Below, piece by piece: positions 24,295 to 37,587 of a stretch of 64,000 nucleotides of DNA. How positions within the stretch are numbered: position 1 is the stretch's first letter; each line of letters opens with the position of its first letter. The notes under the pieces were generated by a model, which saw only the letters and a list, made by a program, of their open reading frames with translations, was not told the origin of the DNA and made no database searches. This DNA comes from Phallusia mammillata (Eukaryota): the NCBI GenBank assembly GCA_965637545.1, contig OZ281500.1, forward strand, positions 5,332,001 through 5,396,000, written 5' to 3'. Made by a program: the position numbers and the translations under genes.

Positions 24295-24827
24295 CATAGG
24301 CGCCGAGTTTTACAAAATGCAAGGTGGCGGAGGTAAAATATGACGTCACTAATGGAGACAACCTCAAGACAAATTCAACGCCCAACTAATTTCTAAACGA
24401 ATGCGAGGTTCGTCAAAAATATAAAACATTAAATTTTGGAAAAAAAAGTATTTGAAACACTTTGCTAAAGCATTGGTTTAGCAACGTATAAAAAATGTTT
24501 CGTCACGTTGTTGTTTCTTTGTATCAGCTAAAATAACCTTTACTCACAGTACAATCGCATTGTACACAATAGTAGCTGAAATTGACTATAGTATTGTTGC
24601 CATAGCAACAATTGTTTGTTTGACGTTATAAACAAGGTACTAACCAAAACAGGCCACATTTTGTTGCTTTCCAACTCACGCTTGTTTAAAGCAGATCGTT
24701 TCTGATTTTCTTCAGGTTTCACGATGTTTTGACAAAAAACAAGCCAAAATATGAACAGTGGCCGCCATGGTTCTTAAAAAAACCAACGTGGAGGCGCCAC
24801 CCCGCCACCGCCAATTAGGCGCCTATG
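24295..24827. mobile_element. hAT-like non-autonomous element upstream of gene D
   Basis: TIR CATAGGCGCC / GGCGCCTATG; TSD CGCCAACC/CGCCAAAC. The paralogous site upstream of gene H (~46903) carries a single CGCCAAAC (empty site). Confidence 0.9.
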
Positions 24828-25016
24828 CGCCAAACAGTACCAAAATGTATTTGTTTTTTTAATGCTTTACGCCAGAAATAGTATATAAAGAGTGTCCAAC
24901 GCGGGATGGTTCAGTGTCTAGGGATAGAGTTTTTGAGCAACGTCTGACTACGAGAAAAAATCTGCCCGTGTGATAAAAAGTTTTCTTAAAGTATTGCAAC
25001 CAAAAACGTAGCAGAT

Positions 25017-26749
25017 ATGAGTTATTTGCCAATTGTGGTTAGTTTTTGTGCTGCTCTGCTTAGCAGTGGTTACGCACAACGATCACAAATCGTCCCGTTT
25101 GATCAATACACATCGAACGATTTATCTATTTGTCAGTGTCCAGATGTCAATGACTTGCAAAGCGAGGTGGCTGACATGCAAGAAAGACTTGACATGTTGG
25201 AAGGTGAGAAAAAGATTTGCTGACATTGAAAAACAAATTACATAAAAATAACATGTAACAACAAAAAAACAAAGAAATCATTGCAGCCCTAACGAATTTC
25301 TTAGAACGGCTGAAAAATACAACGTGTGAGGAAGTTTGGAAAAGCGGAGTAACCGAAAGTGGAGTTTACACGATTTATCCTTACTTCGATCGCACTAAAT
25401 ATCTTGATGTTTATTGCGATTTTAGCATTGACCTACCCGGATGGATAGTAAGTTCGCTCTATTATTTGCAATTCAAAAGCGTTTTAACCAAAATCGAAGT
25501 AATGACATCTACCGCAAGGTTGTGTTCTGTTATGCAACAAAATGTAACTTACTTTAGACATTTCAACGACGAATAGACGGATCTGAGGATTTTTTTCTCT
25601 ACTGGAACGACTACGCAAATGGGTTTGGAGACCTGGATACAGAGTTCTGGCTGGGTACGACTTTTATCCATCTGTAAAACACGAAAATTTCGTTAAATTT
25701 CAAATAGGATCTTTACGTGTGGAAATACATAAATAGTATAGAGTTAGTATCTTTTTTTTTGTTTAAAGATACATAAATAAACAAATTATGATGGTTGAGC
25801 GGTTTATTTCATTAAACCCGAGCCGCTAATTACGATTTCCTAAACAGAAAAATATAACAGAACCAGCAAAAAAGCAATCTGTATTATGTTTTGTGCTTTT
25901 TTCAAAACAGCACATAGAAAAATATGCAAGATAACAGCTACTGGGCGGTAGCAATGAAGATTAACATACGAAGATTCGTCCATGCAAAACCATAACGAAT
26001 CAGATTCGTCCATGCAAAAACCCATAACAATAGAGTGGTTATCAGTTTTGCTTTAAAAGTGGTAAAACGGGAATGTATGAAATTCCTGAATTCCGTGTAA
26101 TGAAGCCTATTGATATTTACATTTTGGGGGCATTTTGTTTTTATTGAGACTAAAATATTGGGTAAATAATGTATTTTCGTATATTTGTACAGGATTGGAA
26201 ACTCTGCACCAACTGACATCAGAGCGAGAATACGAACTCAGAGTAGACATGGAAGATTTTGAGGGGGAAATCAGATACGCGAAATACAGGTATCTACATT
26301 GGTGATGTACCAAGGTTGTCATCAAAAACCTTTCAGTGGTTTTATATTCCACGGCACAAATTTGTTTTTAGCACATTCAAAGTGGGAGGAGGAATAGGTT
26401 ACACTCTCCAGGTCAATGGATATTCCGGAAACGCAGGTTTGATATACCCACGCCCGTAAACATTTTTTAGTTTAAAAAATCCGTGGGTAACTTAATTGCA
26501 GGCGATGCCATGAAGGGGAATAACGGAATGAAGTTCACAACAAGAAACAAGGACCAAGATATTTATCCAAATAATTGTGCCTCAGAATTCCAAGGAGCTT
26601 GGTGGTATAATGCATGTCACCTTACTAACCCAAACGGATTGTATTTGGCAGGACCCCATCACTCTTTTGCTGATGGTGTTGAGTGGTATACATGGCATGG
26701 ACACTATTACTCGCTTAAAAGAATGGAATTCAAAATCAGAACCAAGTAG
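25017..26749 (+). CDS. FReD lectin gene D (class 2), 278 aa, intact
   Basis: Exons: 25017-25203, 25305-25447, 25558-25654, 26193-26289, 26372-26436, 26502-26749. All GT-AG, open frame. Confidence 0.93.
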
Positions 26750-28259
26750 TAGGGTTTTTGCAGCAATCATAATTTCTATCAAGTTCGGTTAATTCATTGA
26801 TGATAATAATCATACATAAAACAATTTAATAAGGTACAATAGAAAATTTCAATTTGGTGTTGATAAAAAAAAAGTGAAAACGCTATTTATGGATCCTGTT
26901 GATAAATTGTATGAAGATTAGTTTGTCACTAGTTGTTACAAGAGGAAGGCAATGGTAAAATTTGGGTTTAAAATAAAATTAGTCTCTATCGTGGCCACAA
27001 ACCATAAGACGAAGGCACAACTGAATATTTATATCTGTACATGTAAACAAATTTAAAGTAGGCATGGAAGATTTTGAGGGACAAACAAGATACGCAAAAT
27101 ACAGGTATCAGCTATGGTAATGTACAGAAGTTGATGTTAAAAACGTTTCAGAACTTAGTCGCTTTTGCAAACGAACGTTCAATTGGTAAGAACTCGTTTC
27201 AAATACACTAGTTACCCAAAACAATAGAACGACTTTTGTTCAGCAAATACCGTTGTTCTCACGATAACGCTCGAGTCATGATCAAGTGGCTTAGACCTCC
27301 TGCGATCGACAGGCACCGCATAACACACGAACTAAAATCCAATAATACAAGTTAACATACTTGTACTAAAAAACAAGTCCAAATCAGTCTAAAAACAAGT
27401 TCAAATCTGCCTGAAAAAACAAGTCTGTACATGCCAAATGGCATACTTAGTATATTTAGGATATTACAAACAACTTCCAAACTTTACCACTACAGGATCC
27501 TAAATCAACTTCAAAAGCAGTTGCAAAACACCTCGATCACAACCAAATATTGACACGTCGTTATTTACAACGTCATCGAAATTTCCACATGGTTTTTCCC
27601 TGGTCGAGAATTTATTACTGCCGTAAGCTCAGTTAAACAGCTATAAACTGCCACATAAAACTAAAATACAACAGTGTACTTTATAAAAGTTCAAATTCAC
27701 TATAAAAGTAGTTAAAAAACAAATAGCCTACTGTACATATACAATCTGATTTGATAGAAACAAGACAAAAAGAATAACATTTTAATAGTAGGTAGCTAAA
27801 CCAAACCATCTCAAATGTTCAAGAAAAAAAGTTATTACAACAAAGTTTGAAGTTATAAAAAGCGTAAAAATATTCTTTGCGCTAGTGTAGTAATGTCGTA
27901 AATTAACTGTGGGGAGGAGAGGTACATTAGTTACGACGATATAGGTACACACATCGAATTGTAAATTAAAGCTCGTAAAATGAACCTAATACATTGACAA
28001 TGAGTTTTTATTTATTTATTCCCTTGTTCATCGTGCACTTTACTACGCACATTCAGTGTTATTTGCCCTAAGGAAGGCGACCTGCATAGGACGTCGCAAC
28101 GTCAGTTCCAAATACATTTGCCAGAAGAGGTCTGTATAGATTATATTATGTCTAGTAGAAACAGCTAATAAATGACCAAGAGTTTGTTTGTCTCTGCGCG
28201 ATGCTAGTTGTAGTTTTTTAGCCAAATGATCGGTTATTTTTACTTTGACAGAAATGGTG

Positions 28260-29970
28260 ATGGGTTTTGTACGAATTCTAGCAGTTTGGTTCGCCGTAAC
28301 AGGCGCATCTTTGGCGGAAGAAATGATGACAACAGCAGTGTCTAACAACACTCTAAATGAACCTAGGTCGTGTAGCTGTGAGGATTTAAACAATCTTGAA
28401 AATGTGATGACGGTCATGCAAAAACGGCTTGATGCAATGCAGGAACAAGTACATGCATTGAAAGGCAAGAAAAACTGCAAATTTATCGCTGTACTACATG
28501 CCTATGCAAACTACTTTGGTGTTACAAACGCAAAGTTTCACATCGGTTAACTTACACTTGTAGGAATCACAATAGGCATCACCAAACGAAAACCAGGTTA
28601 CAGACGCCGGTACAACAAAAAAATAATAGAATGCTGATCATATCGATTCAAACTCATATTATGCACCGCAAACTTCGTTGTTTTGGCAGTGCAGTTAAGT
28701 AGTTAAAACATAACTAATTTCAAGCGACCTAACACATTGAACTCTTTTTGTGTTTTGTTATCAACCAAAACCTTGCACATGTTTGCAGATCTTCACAAAA
28801 ACACGACTTGTGAGAAAGTTTGGAACAGCGGAGTAACCGAAAGTGGAGTTTACACAATTTATCCCTTCCATGATCGTACTAAACCTCTTGATGTATACTG
28901 TGATTCTACCACTGATCTACCAGGATGGATAGTAAGTTTCCAGTATTACTTGTAGTGTTTTAGGTTATGAGTGCTGTAGTGTAGTCAAGGCAATTTGTGC
29001 TCCTTTTTTTCGTTTAGACGTTTTAGCGCCGAATCGCCGAATCTGAATTTTTTTATCTGTACTGGAACGATTATGTGAACAGATTTGGGGATATGAATAC
29101 AGAATTTGGATGGGTAAAGCATAAATCCGGATGATTTAATGCTTCATGCCAGAAGTTTTTTGCAATCAGTATCATAATATTTCACTTTCTTTAATCGTTA
29201 CAGTATTCACACCTAGATTGTTTTTTTTTGTGTGACTTTTTTATCTTTTCGTTCAGTCCTAAAAGTGCCCAAAACAGTGTGCAAACACGTTAGTACTAAA
29301 GCTTTTCTTTGCACAGGGTTGGAAGTTCTGTACCAACTAACATCAAAGAGAAGATACGAACTGAGAGTGGACATGGAGGATTTTGAGGGAGAAACAAGAT
29401 TCGCAAAATACAGGTAGCTGTGCAAGGAGTTGTTCCACTTTAATTATTCTTTTTATTTTGAAACCATTTTTCCTTAATATGCAAACAATTATGAAGTTAC
29501 TGACACAAGGTATTGCATGTTTTTTGTTCAGCACGTTCAAAGTTGGGGAAGGAACTGGTTATGTCTTAAGTGTCTCTGGATACTCAGGCAATGCAGGTAA
29601 AGTATTTAAAAGCTGTACGTCATTTGAATGATTATGGCTAAGGGTGAATAACACCAGTCTCTTTGTGACTAAATGACAAATTCAAATGTTTGCATAAACA
29701 TGGGTTCCCATAACAGGAGAATAATTTTAGGAGACTGTTTGGAAAGGCACAACGGTTCGAAATTTTCGACAAGGGACAAAGAGATGCAAGTTCTTCTAGT
29801 TGTGCCTCACTATATAATGGAGCTGGGAGGTACAACGCATGTCATTGCACAAACCCAGATGGATTATATCTGGGAGGCCCACATCATTCATACGCAGATG
29901 GTGTTGAATGGTATAAATGGCACGGGCAATATTACTCACTCAAAAGACATTCAAAATCAGAGTCAAATAA
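28260..29970 (+). pseudogene. FReD pseudogene E (class 1; copy of B)
   Basis: Exons: 28260-28464 (open, GC donor), 28789-28931, 29018-29113, 29317-29413, 29532-29596, 29731-29970. Shares the exon-3 TAG, the exon-3 1-nt deletion and the exon-6 frameshifts with B. Confidence 0.92.
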
Positions 29971-32900
29971 CGATATATTATTTTGCACGTCCTACAATAC
30001 AGTAGTTGCAATAACATTACATAGTGGCATTAAAATGATGCTTTGTACAATTTGACCTGAGTATAACCAATCGAATTCTCAATCATATTTTTCAAAGTAG
30101 CCCCAATCGCATTTTTCGAAGTAAAATGATTAAGAACGTGTACTGTATGCTGGTCTTTGTTTCAGAAAATAGAATGAAACTCTTGGAGGAGAAAAAATAA
30201 ATTTGCATGTAGTGACACAAATCGACGAAAAGCGCAAAAATTTTCTCAGCGCAAATAAAAAACGTTAAGAAAATTGGTCCTCAAGCCAGTCAAGAAGAAA
30301 GTGACACTGGCAACACTAACAGGCACAATAAGCAAACTAAAGCATAATCTACAAAGTCATAGAACTGTGTTGTAACATATAGCTAAAGTACCGCGCTTTT
30401 CTTTTTAAATTTAGAAGAATATGAACCAAATGAGTTTCATCGTACGCCAAAAAAGACGTAAGTCGATAGTGACAACTTACAGTAACAAAACCTCTCTTTC
30501 ATCATGCAGTTGTTTGAAGTGGAAAGTCAAGTACAAGTAACAGCATGCAGAAACACGGCACCTTCCTAATATTTTATGTGCCAGAGAACACAAGGTTATT
30601 TCTTACTTATTATTGAAAACGAAAGTAAGGAACCTAACAAATACGATAACAACTGAAAAAAGGGTAACCAAAGAAGGAAGTCTGATAACTAAAACTGACA
30701 AGTGAAGTAATGCTTTCCCAACTATGATTAAAGAATTTTAGAACTTAAATACTGCACAAAAATATTTATTCTAGCTCATTTAAATTGAAAGCAGGAGATG
30801 GCTACACACTCCAAGTCAATGGGTATTCAGAAAACGCAGGTTTGATTAACGGACACAATGAACTGTTTTAAAATAAAACTCTGTCGGTCATTTAACGGAA
30901 TAATGGAATTAAGATTACAACAAGAATGAGGAACAAGGCATATAACATTCAGGATCTTACCACTCTAATGTTGATGACATTAAAGTGTCTGCAGTGCATG
31001 AGTATTTGCTTAATAATAGTAAGGATTTTACCAGAATTAAGTAACGATCGCATTCGAGTAGTGATCCCTAACAATCTTAAAATCGATTACGTATCTCTCT
31101 GATTAATATACTAGCATCAACTAATTGGTAATAAATCTATTTCAACATCAATAAAGAATAAAGTACTGAGGCAGCGACCACAACAATACATTTTTGATTC
31201 ACAAAAGCACAGAAGTAGATTTACTGGTTCAAAACTAACCTCAAACATACATCATCAATATGTGCCGCTAAGGCTTTGAATTTCCAAACAAGAAAGGTTT
31301 ACAACATGTTTACAAATCAATGAACTTGCATAACGATGTTTCCAAGCCCCACTAAAATGGTTAGAAAAGACAGAATGGGTACCGTAAGCCGAACAACAAG
31401 TTTTTTGTTTGCGGTGGTGTCCAACCATCAACAGTATCGACTTCATTGCAAAGAAGTAGACACACTAAAAAAATAGAAAAAGGCAAGCAACAGGTGGGTT
31501 CTTGATTTTGCATTGTGTCACCAGTAGTTTAGGATACGCCCGCAAGTCAACGGCGATTCTAACAAGTCATGCCTGTACAGCAATTAGTTTGAGATAACGT
31601 AGTAAAGTGAGTTTATGTCTTGTATATTTAAAAAGCATAGATAACTTGAAAGAAAAGTCCTACATTTTGGTAGTGGCTTATGGAAAATAGAAACTAAAAC
31701 ATAAATACGACTTACGTTTTCTTTGTCAAAATATAACGCAAAAAACGCCAGTCCGTACACCCTAGCCAAGCTTAACTCGATGAAGATTGGAATTGAACCA
31801 GTGTGTTAGCGCGAAGAAACTTTTAAATGTATGTTAGTATTTGGAAGTTATCCTGCACAGTGGTATTGTAAATAAAAAATGCTACGGAGCTCATATGGAT
31901 AAGAAACATGCCGTTAATATAGCATCTAAAATCATACAATAATTTTCTGCGGCATTATACAACCACAAACGTACAACAAAACTCAAGCAATGAAAAAAAT
32001 ACAAAGCAAACGTTAAGTTGTTGATTTTGTATCATTTGCTGCCAGTAGAATAAAATCTGACCGATACACCCATGTCAATGAAAGTATCTTAATCAAACAC
32101 ACAACCCTACAATAGAGGGTTAATAGTTAAAAAGAAAAATATCGTACTGCAGTTTGCAAATGTTTTTCGTTTGTTTCTCAGAAAAAAAAAACAGCTGAAT
32201 GGGTTATCAACTCAGAGTAAAAGGGTCTAAAATATGACCGAAACACAACAACAGTGACTCAATTGAATCTAACATACTGGACAAAAAGGAGGAAATTTGT
32301 TGTCAAATTCAATACAACTTGCCTTCAATACAAATGCATTTAACCGAATAATGAGTGTAATTCAAATAAATCAGATGTTGTTTGTTGGGGTTAAAATAAC
32401 TGTAATTTGAAACTACAGAACAAACACCTCGTTGCAAGTAAAGTTCGGGCATAGAAAGAAGCAGGTGCCCACTCATAAACCAAAACAAAGCTTTGTTATG
32501 ATGACACCACCGATAAGTTGTTATTGCGGAGAGCAAACAGATAATAAAATAATACCTACAGAGGTATATGTGCTATAAACATTTAGAGACAACAAACGAA
32601 TCGGAAAAATAACCATTTCATCCAATCTGCAACACCAGCATATGAGTATGATATTCATGGGGCCTAGTGTGGTGCACCTGCAATCCCCTCTTGTGGGGCT
32701 TGATCTAACGCAGTAAAATAATCCGGGGTAAAACCTTGCAAACATGCAAAGATGCTAATTCTTGTAAAAACAAAATGGTAAAATAGCGCAGAGAGTAAGA
32801 CGAAAAGTTTTTTTGTAGAGTATCCTACCATAAACACAATACCAACCACAGTTAACTGATTTGGACAACCAAAAGCAGGAGACGGGACATAGGACTAAAT

Positions 32901-34966
32901 TTGCTTCGTTACCAAAGTAGAATGCAATGTAAGAGAAACACCCACAAGCCCACGTTAGCTTAACATACATTCAAACCATAAGCCCGAAATACATTTAACA
33001 CAAAACAATCTTGGCCAGAACTCATGGAAGATCACAAATAACCTGAATTGAAGATTTGGTCAAATAGTCAAAAGGACTATACACCTATATTGCAACCAAC
33101 GCGTGTGTTTTGAAAACAATTAAATTTGAAATAAATCGAAACCGAAACTGACTTACAGACACCCCGTTGCGCTGACATCCTAAAATACCAAAGCGTAGGA
33201 AAACCTTTGTTGTCAGATTTAATATAAGTCTGAGCTGAACCGGATAATGGGCGGAAATTTTAAACACAGATGTTGTCTGTTCAGCGTAAAACAATTGTGG
33301 GATGACAGTGAATCACAAACACCTCGTTGCATTAACATCCTGACATGAAGTTAAAACTGATGCATAAATGTACCACCACTGATTGCATAATACAAAACAA
33401 GTATCACATTAAAGGTTACGAAAATAACTGTCCACCTTTAAAGAAAATGTTAACCGCAGTTACGAGTTAATAATAATATTTCACCCTGACCAGTCATAAG
33501 TTAATACAAATTTATACACCAGGTTTTATGCAGACTATTTAATAAACAAGTGGGTGTTTTAGTACCAGGTTCACAAGACTATGGTAAAGCTAAAGCAAGC
33601 ACGCTGTTGCCTTGATTATACTGTAACAATTAGGACCATAAACAGAAGAAGGCAACCAGTAAGTGCGTCTTTAAACTTGTCCGTTTGCAACCAGTAGAAT
33701 AGGATGCTGGTGATACACCCACAACCTTAGTTTCAACAAGTTTAGAAGTGTGTTGGTTATTAGTACTGTTTGCCAACGCTGTGCGTAACCCCAAACCTGA
33801 TCATTTCCAATAGTTTTGTGTGAAAACCAAACAATGAAATGGATTTAACAGACAATTGGCACTAAACAAAAAAGACACACGAATGGGGAAAGTGCATTGA
33901 GGGGGAAGTACTAACAATCTATGCATGTTTATGCATATGTCTCATCTGTCCCAATCACATAATGAGTGAACTTTACAAAATATTTAAAAAAAGACGTAAC
34001 TTAAACCACAACCGGAAGTGACAAAAATACACATGCCCATTGCATTTTACATACTTGTGAAATGTAAAGGGTAGGAGAGCATGATTCCACACCACTCAGT
34101 TTTTAACAGGATATTGGAAGCTATAGCGGGTGAGCGTTTGTTGTCAGATTCATTATAACGCTGTTCTCGAACGGATGAAGAGCGGAATTTTTACATACAG
34201 ATGTTGTTTGTTGAGCGTAAAACAACCGTAGGTTTAATGTGAATCATAGACGCCTCGTGCCATGCAACTTTCCGGTACTTATATGAGGACAGTGCTTTTA
34301 ATTTAGCCAATGTGTCTTGCACATTATAGTAGCATCATTCGATATTGACAAATGCGACGCGAAAATACGTTTTGACACATTGCCACTATCATCGCAGAGC
34401 TTCATGACGAAATGAGGATGCCCGGGACAAAGCCAACGCCTAATTTTAATATTATTTGTTACCAAAAGCATGAACATCTATAACACCAACGTTGAAAATT
34501 AACTTTAAGAACATTTTTTGTTTTTTTAGAGTTAAAGTCCTAAACATACTAGAACGCATACTTAGAACTTAACAGAAATATCAGTGAATGTTACTGTACA
34601 ACTCTGTCCATTCCAGTAATGTTCTGCAACTTATAAAACTTGGGCCAAATGTGCTTTAAAATGGATTAAAAATAGTTGTTGAATAAAATGTAAACAGCAG
34701 TGAGTAAATACGGTTCCATAGATCATAGACACAAAATACATTAGTGTTGGACTAGTTTGCGAACGTTTCAGGTTAGGTTTTCAACGAACAAAGAAAACGG
34801 AAGCAGCACATGTGGGTGTCAAAACACGTAGCGGCCCAAAACAAACGTAAAAGAAAAAAATGGGCAGAACCTTGCGGTTTAAAAGAACAAACATGCGTGA
34901 AAGATCGGTTAGATTTTAAAACGATTTTGACAACAAACTATCTTTGACTAGAAAAGCGAACAGAAA

Positions 34967-35941
34967 ATGGCATTGGTGACAGGATTTTTGTCGGGCATTT
35001 TAGGATCAATTGAACTGGAAACGGAGACCGCTGTCAAAACGCCAAAGGTATACAACGTTGGAAAAATCATTTTGGCTGCAATGTTCCTGATAAGTTGTGC
35101 GATGTTTGCAGTGTACGAACCTCATTTCGTTACTTGTTACCCAGATGAAAAACTAGAAACCGAGCAAACTATGGAACAAAAAAATGACGTCGGTTTTCAG
35201 TGCTGCTCACAGAAGCCACTGATTCAGCTCATGAAGTATTCTCCGCTGACTTTTCTTGCAACTACATGTTTTTATTTTTTATCAAGTCAAGTCATGGTGG
35301 GCTGTTCCAAAACCAACCTTTCGACAAAAATTCAATCATTTGTTCGCCTTTATCATCTGTATCGTAAAAGCGAAGGATATTTCGTCTATGACAAACTTAA
35401 GCAGGGACGTGTTCAGAACACTGAACCAAACCAATGCATCAGAGACTTCATTTTGTCCAAAAAAGGAGAAAAAACCAAGTACACGAATGATATTTACGGT
35501 GGTCACAAAATCGACGCCATTTTGTGTTCAACTGCTGCATTTATTGGAATCGTTTTCGGAGCGTTGAATTTTATTGCAGGGGCAGTTAACCACCAACAGT
35601 TTGACTGCAACTTGACACATTTGACCGAAGAAGTTGAGGTATATAAGTGCTTTGTTCCAAATGTCGACGTGTTTATTATTTTGTCAGTATGTTTTTGCGT
35701 ACTAGCATTTATCCAAATCGGCTTAAACTTAGCACTATTCATCGCATGTTACTTCAATGACAAATGTGGTAATATAGTTGACATTAAAATATGCTCCAAA
35801 AATAGCGATTTAAAATTTCTACTATTTATAACAAAAACTATTACCGTGGACGAAAAAGTAAGTTTTGGGAGGTTTTTGCAAAAATGTGTAGATACTGCAA
35901 AACCACATGAGAAACAACCAAATGGTAATAATCCTGTCTGA
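34967..35941 (+). CDS. LRRC8/pannexin-like channel protein without LRR domain (L2), 324 aa, intronless
   Basis: Paralog of L1 with the same Cys pattern (VTCYP, FQCC, FDC, YKC), MKYSP, and SDLKFLL. 13 differences from L1 in the first 126 aa. Confidence 0.85.
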   Translation: MALVTGFLSGILGSIELETETAVKTPKVYNVGKIILAAMFLISCAMFAVYEPHFVTCYPDEKLETEQTMEQKNDVGFQCCSQKPLIQLMKYSPLTFLATTCFYFLSSQVMVGCSKTNLSTKIQSFVRLYHLYRKSEGYFVYDKLKQGRVQNTEPNQCIRDFILSKKGEKTKYTNDIYGGHKIDAILCSTAAFIGIVFGALNFIAGAVNHQQFDCNLTHLTEEVEVYKCFVPNVDVFIILSVCFCVLAFIQIGLNLALFIACYFNDKCGNIVDIKICSKNSDLKFLLFITKTITVDEKVSFGRFLQKCVDTAKPHEKQPNGNNPV

Positions 35942-36017
35942 ACTGCCGAAAGAGATTAGGTATCGGTTTCCTCGTATTGTAAACATTTTTATAAAATGTG
36001 TCGTGCATAACCTATAT

Positions 36018-37587
36018 TTTTTTTATTTTTTTATTTTACGACAATCAGACGACAGTCCGAAAACTGAAAACTGTCCTTTGTCGTGTCACCATACGAGAAA
36101 TAAACGTATTTTCAGATAAAGGATAGACGACAATAATAGTAAACAAAAGAAGAAAAGCGAACGAAAGAGGCTAAATGTCAATAAAACAGCAGCAGAAATC
36201 AAAATCTATTACATGCACGCAAATATTTATGAACAGCATGGAATAATGACAGTGTGTGAGCGTCCGTTAAATCAGGATGACCAAATAGCATGAAACGAAT
36301 AAATGCCCCAGGAGAAAGATTAGAAAGAAATGATGCGTTAAACTTAGCGTTTGCTCACAGAATATTCGAAACAGTAGAGAACAAAATTGTGCGATGACGA
36401 ACCAATAGTGGACAATAGAGAAACAAATGTTGCGTGGTTTCTACGGCCTGACATGCACAAGGACGAAAGTGCCTAGGATTGATATTGAGTGGGCTATGGT
36501 TAAGTCGAAGCATGCAATGAAGGGCAGTTGTCCTAGGACAAGAGCCATACAGATGCAAGGTTCTGACCCGATGCGTAAAGAAAAGTTTTTTAACCTTATT
36601 TTTAAAAACTGAAACAGATTTTATCGATCGAATTTCTTTTGGGAGATCATTCCGTAAGCGGATAGTTTTGGGAAAAAATGAGTTAAATTTGGTATTTGTG
36701 CGGCACGCAATGGGATGGATTTTTAGGGGGTTACGCAAGTCATGTTTAACTGAATTTTTAATGTATTCAGGAATGCAGTTTTGTAAATATGATGGTCCTA
36801 TGCGATTGAGAATTTTGTGAAATTGAACGAGGGAGTGAACGTTGCGACGAACACGGAGGGGTGTCAAACCAAGGTCCTGTAACATTTTATTATACGAGGT
36901 TGTCCTCATACACCCTAAAATTAGTTTAGCCGATTGGTGTTGCACATTTTCTAGTAATTCACAGTCAGAGAGGTTGCAGTTATCAAATACAAGATCGCCA
37001 TATTCAAGTGTAGGAAGAACGCAGGACCTATAAAGGGTCAGGATGATATGCCGGGAGACTATGTTAGATACTTTGCGCAATCGGTTAACTTTGATTTGTG
37101 CTTTGTGGCATATGTAGCGAATGTGGTCGTGCCAAGAAAGTGTTGGTGTAAATACAAGGCCTAAATACGTATGTGCATGGGTTTCAGGCAGAGCTACACC
37201 TTTGAATAAAATTTGAGGAATATTTGAACTTTTACAAAGCGATAGTACTTTAGATTTGGAGGGATTAAAGTTAATTGCCCAAGTGGAAGCCCATTTGTCG
37301 AGGTGGTTGAGATCTCGCTGTAAAATTTTTTGAAGTTGATTTGGAGATTTATCCGAATAGTAAAGAGCAGTGTCGTCAGCAAAAAGTGAAATGTTAGAGG
37401 TTAAGTTATTGGAGATGTCATTGACATAAATCAAAAAAAGCAAGGGACCTAAAATTGAACCTTGTGGGACCCCGGCATTAGTAGGCTGTAAGGTTGAAAG
37501 ATTGTTGTTAAGGCGAACTTGTTGTACACGACCAGTTAAGTACGATTTTAGTAGAGGAAGCAAACTGCCATTTATCCCAATTTGTTG
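36018..37587 (-). mobile_element. 5'-truncated non-LTR retrotransposon (CR1/L2-like LINE)
   Basis: Open RT C-terminal ORF: GVPQGSILGPLLFLIYVND, LFADDT, YLG, C-terminal CAC...HLFLYCP. A-rich 3' tail at ~36018-36037. Flanked by TAACCTATAT at 36008-36017 and 37588-37597. Confidence 0.92.
36355..37587 (-). CDS. Reverse transcriptase (partial ORF2) of the LINE
   Basis: Uninterrupted frame with the FADD catalytic motif. Codons upstream of 37587 are flank sequence, not RT. Confidence 0.88.
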   Translation of the reverse strand, partial: QQIGINGSLLPLLKSYLTGRVQQVRLNNNLSTLQPTNAGVPQGSILGPLLFLIYVNDISNNLTSNISLFADDTALYYSDKSPNQLQKILQRDLNHLDKWASTWAINFNPSKSKVLSLCKSSNIPQILFKGVALPETHAHTYLGLVFTPTLSWHDHIRYICHKAQIKVNRLRKVSNIVSRHIILTLYRSCVLPTLEYGDLVFDNCNLSDCELLENVQHQSAKLILGCMRTTSYNKMLQDLGLTPLRVRRNVHSLVQFHKILNRIGPSYLQNCIPEYIKNSVKHDLRNPLKIHPIACRTNTKFNSFFPKTIRLRNDLPKEIRSIKSVSVFKNKVKKLFFTHRVRTLHLYGSCPRTTALHCMLRLNHSPLNINPRHFRPCACQAVETTQHLFLYCPLLVRHRTILFSTVSNIL

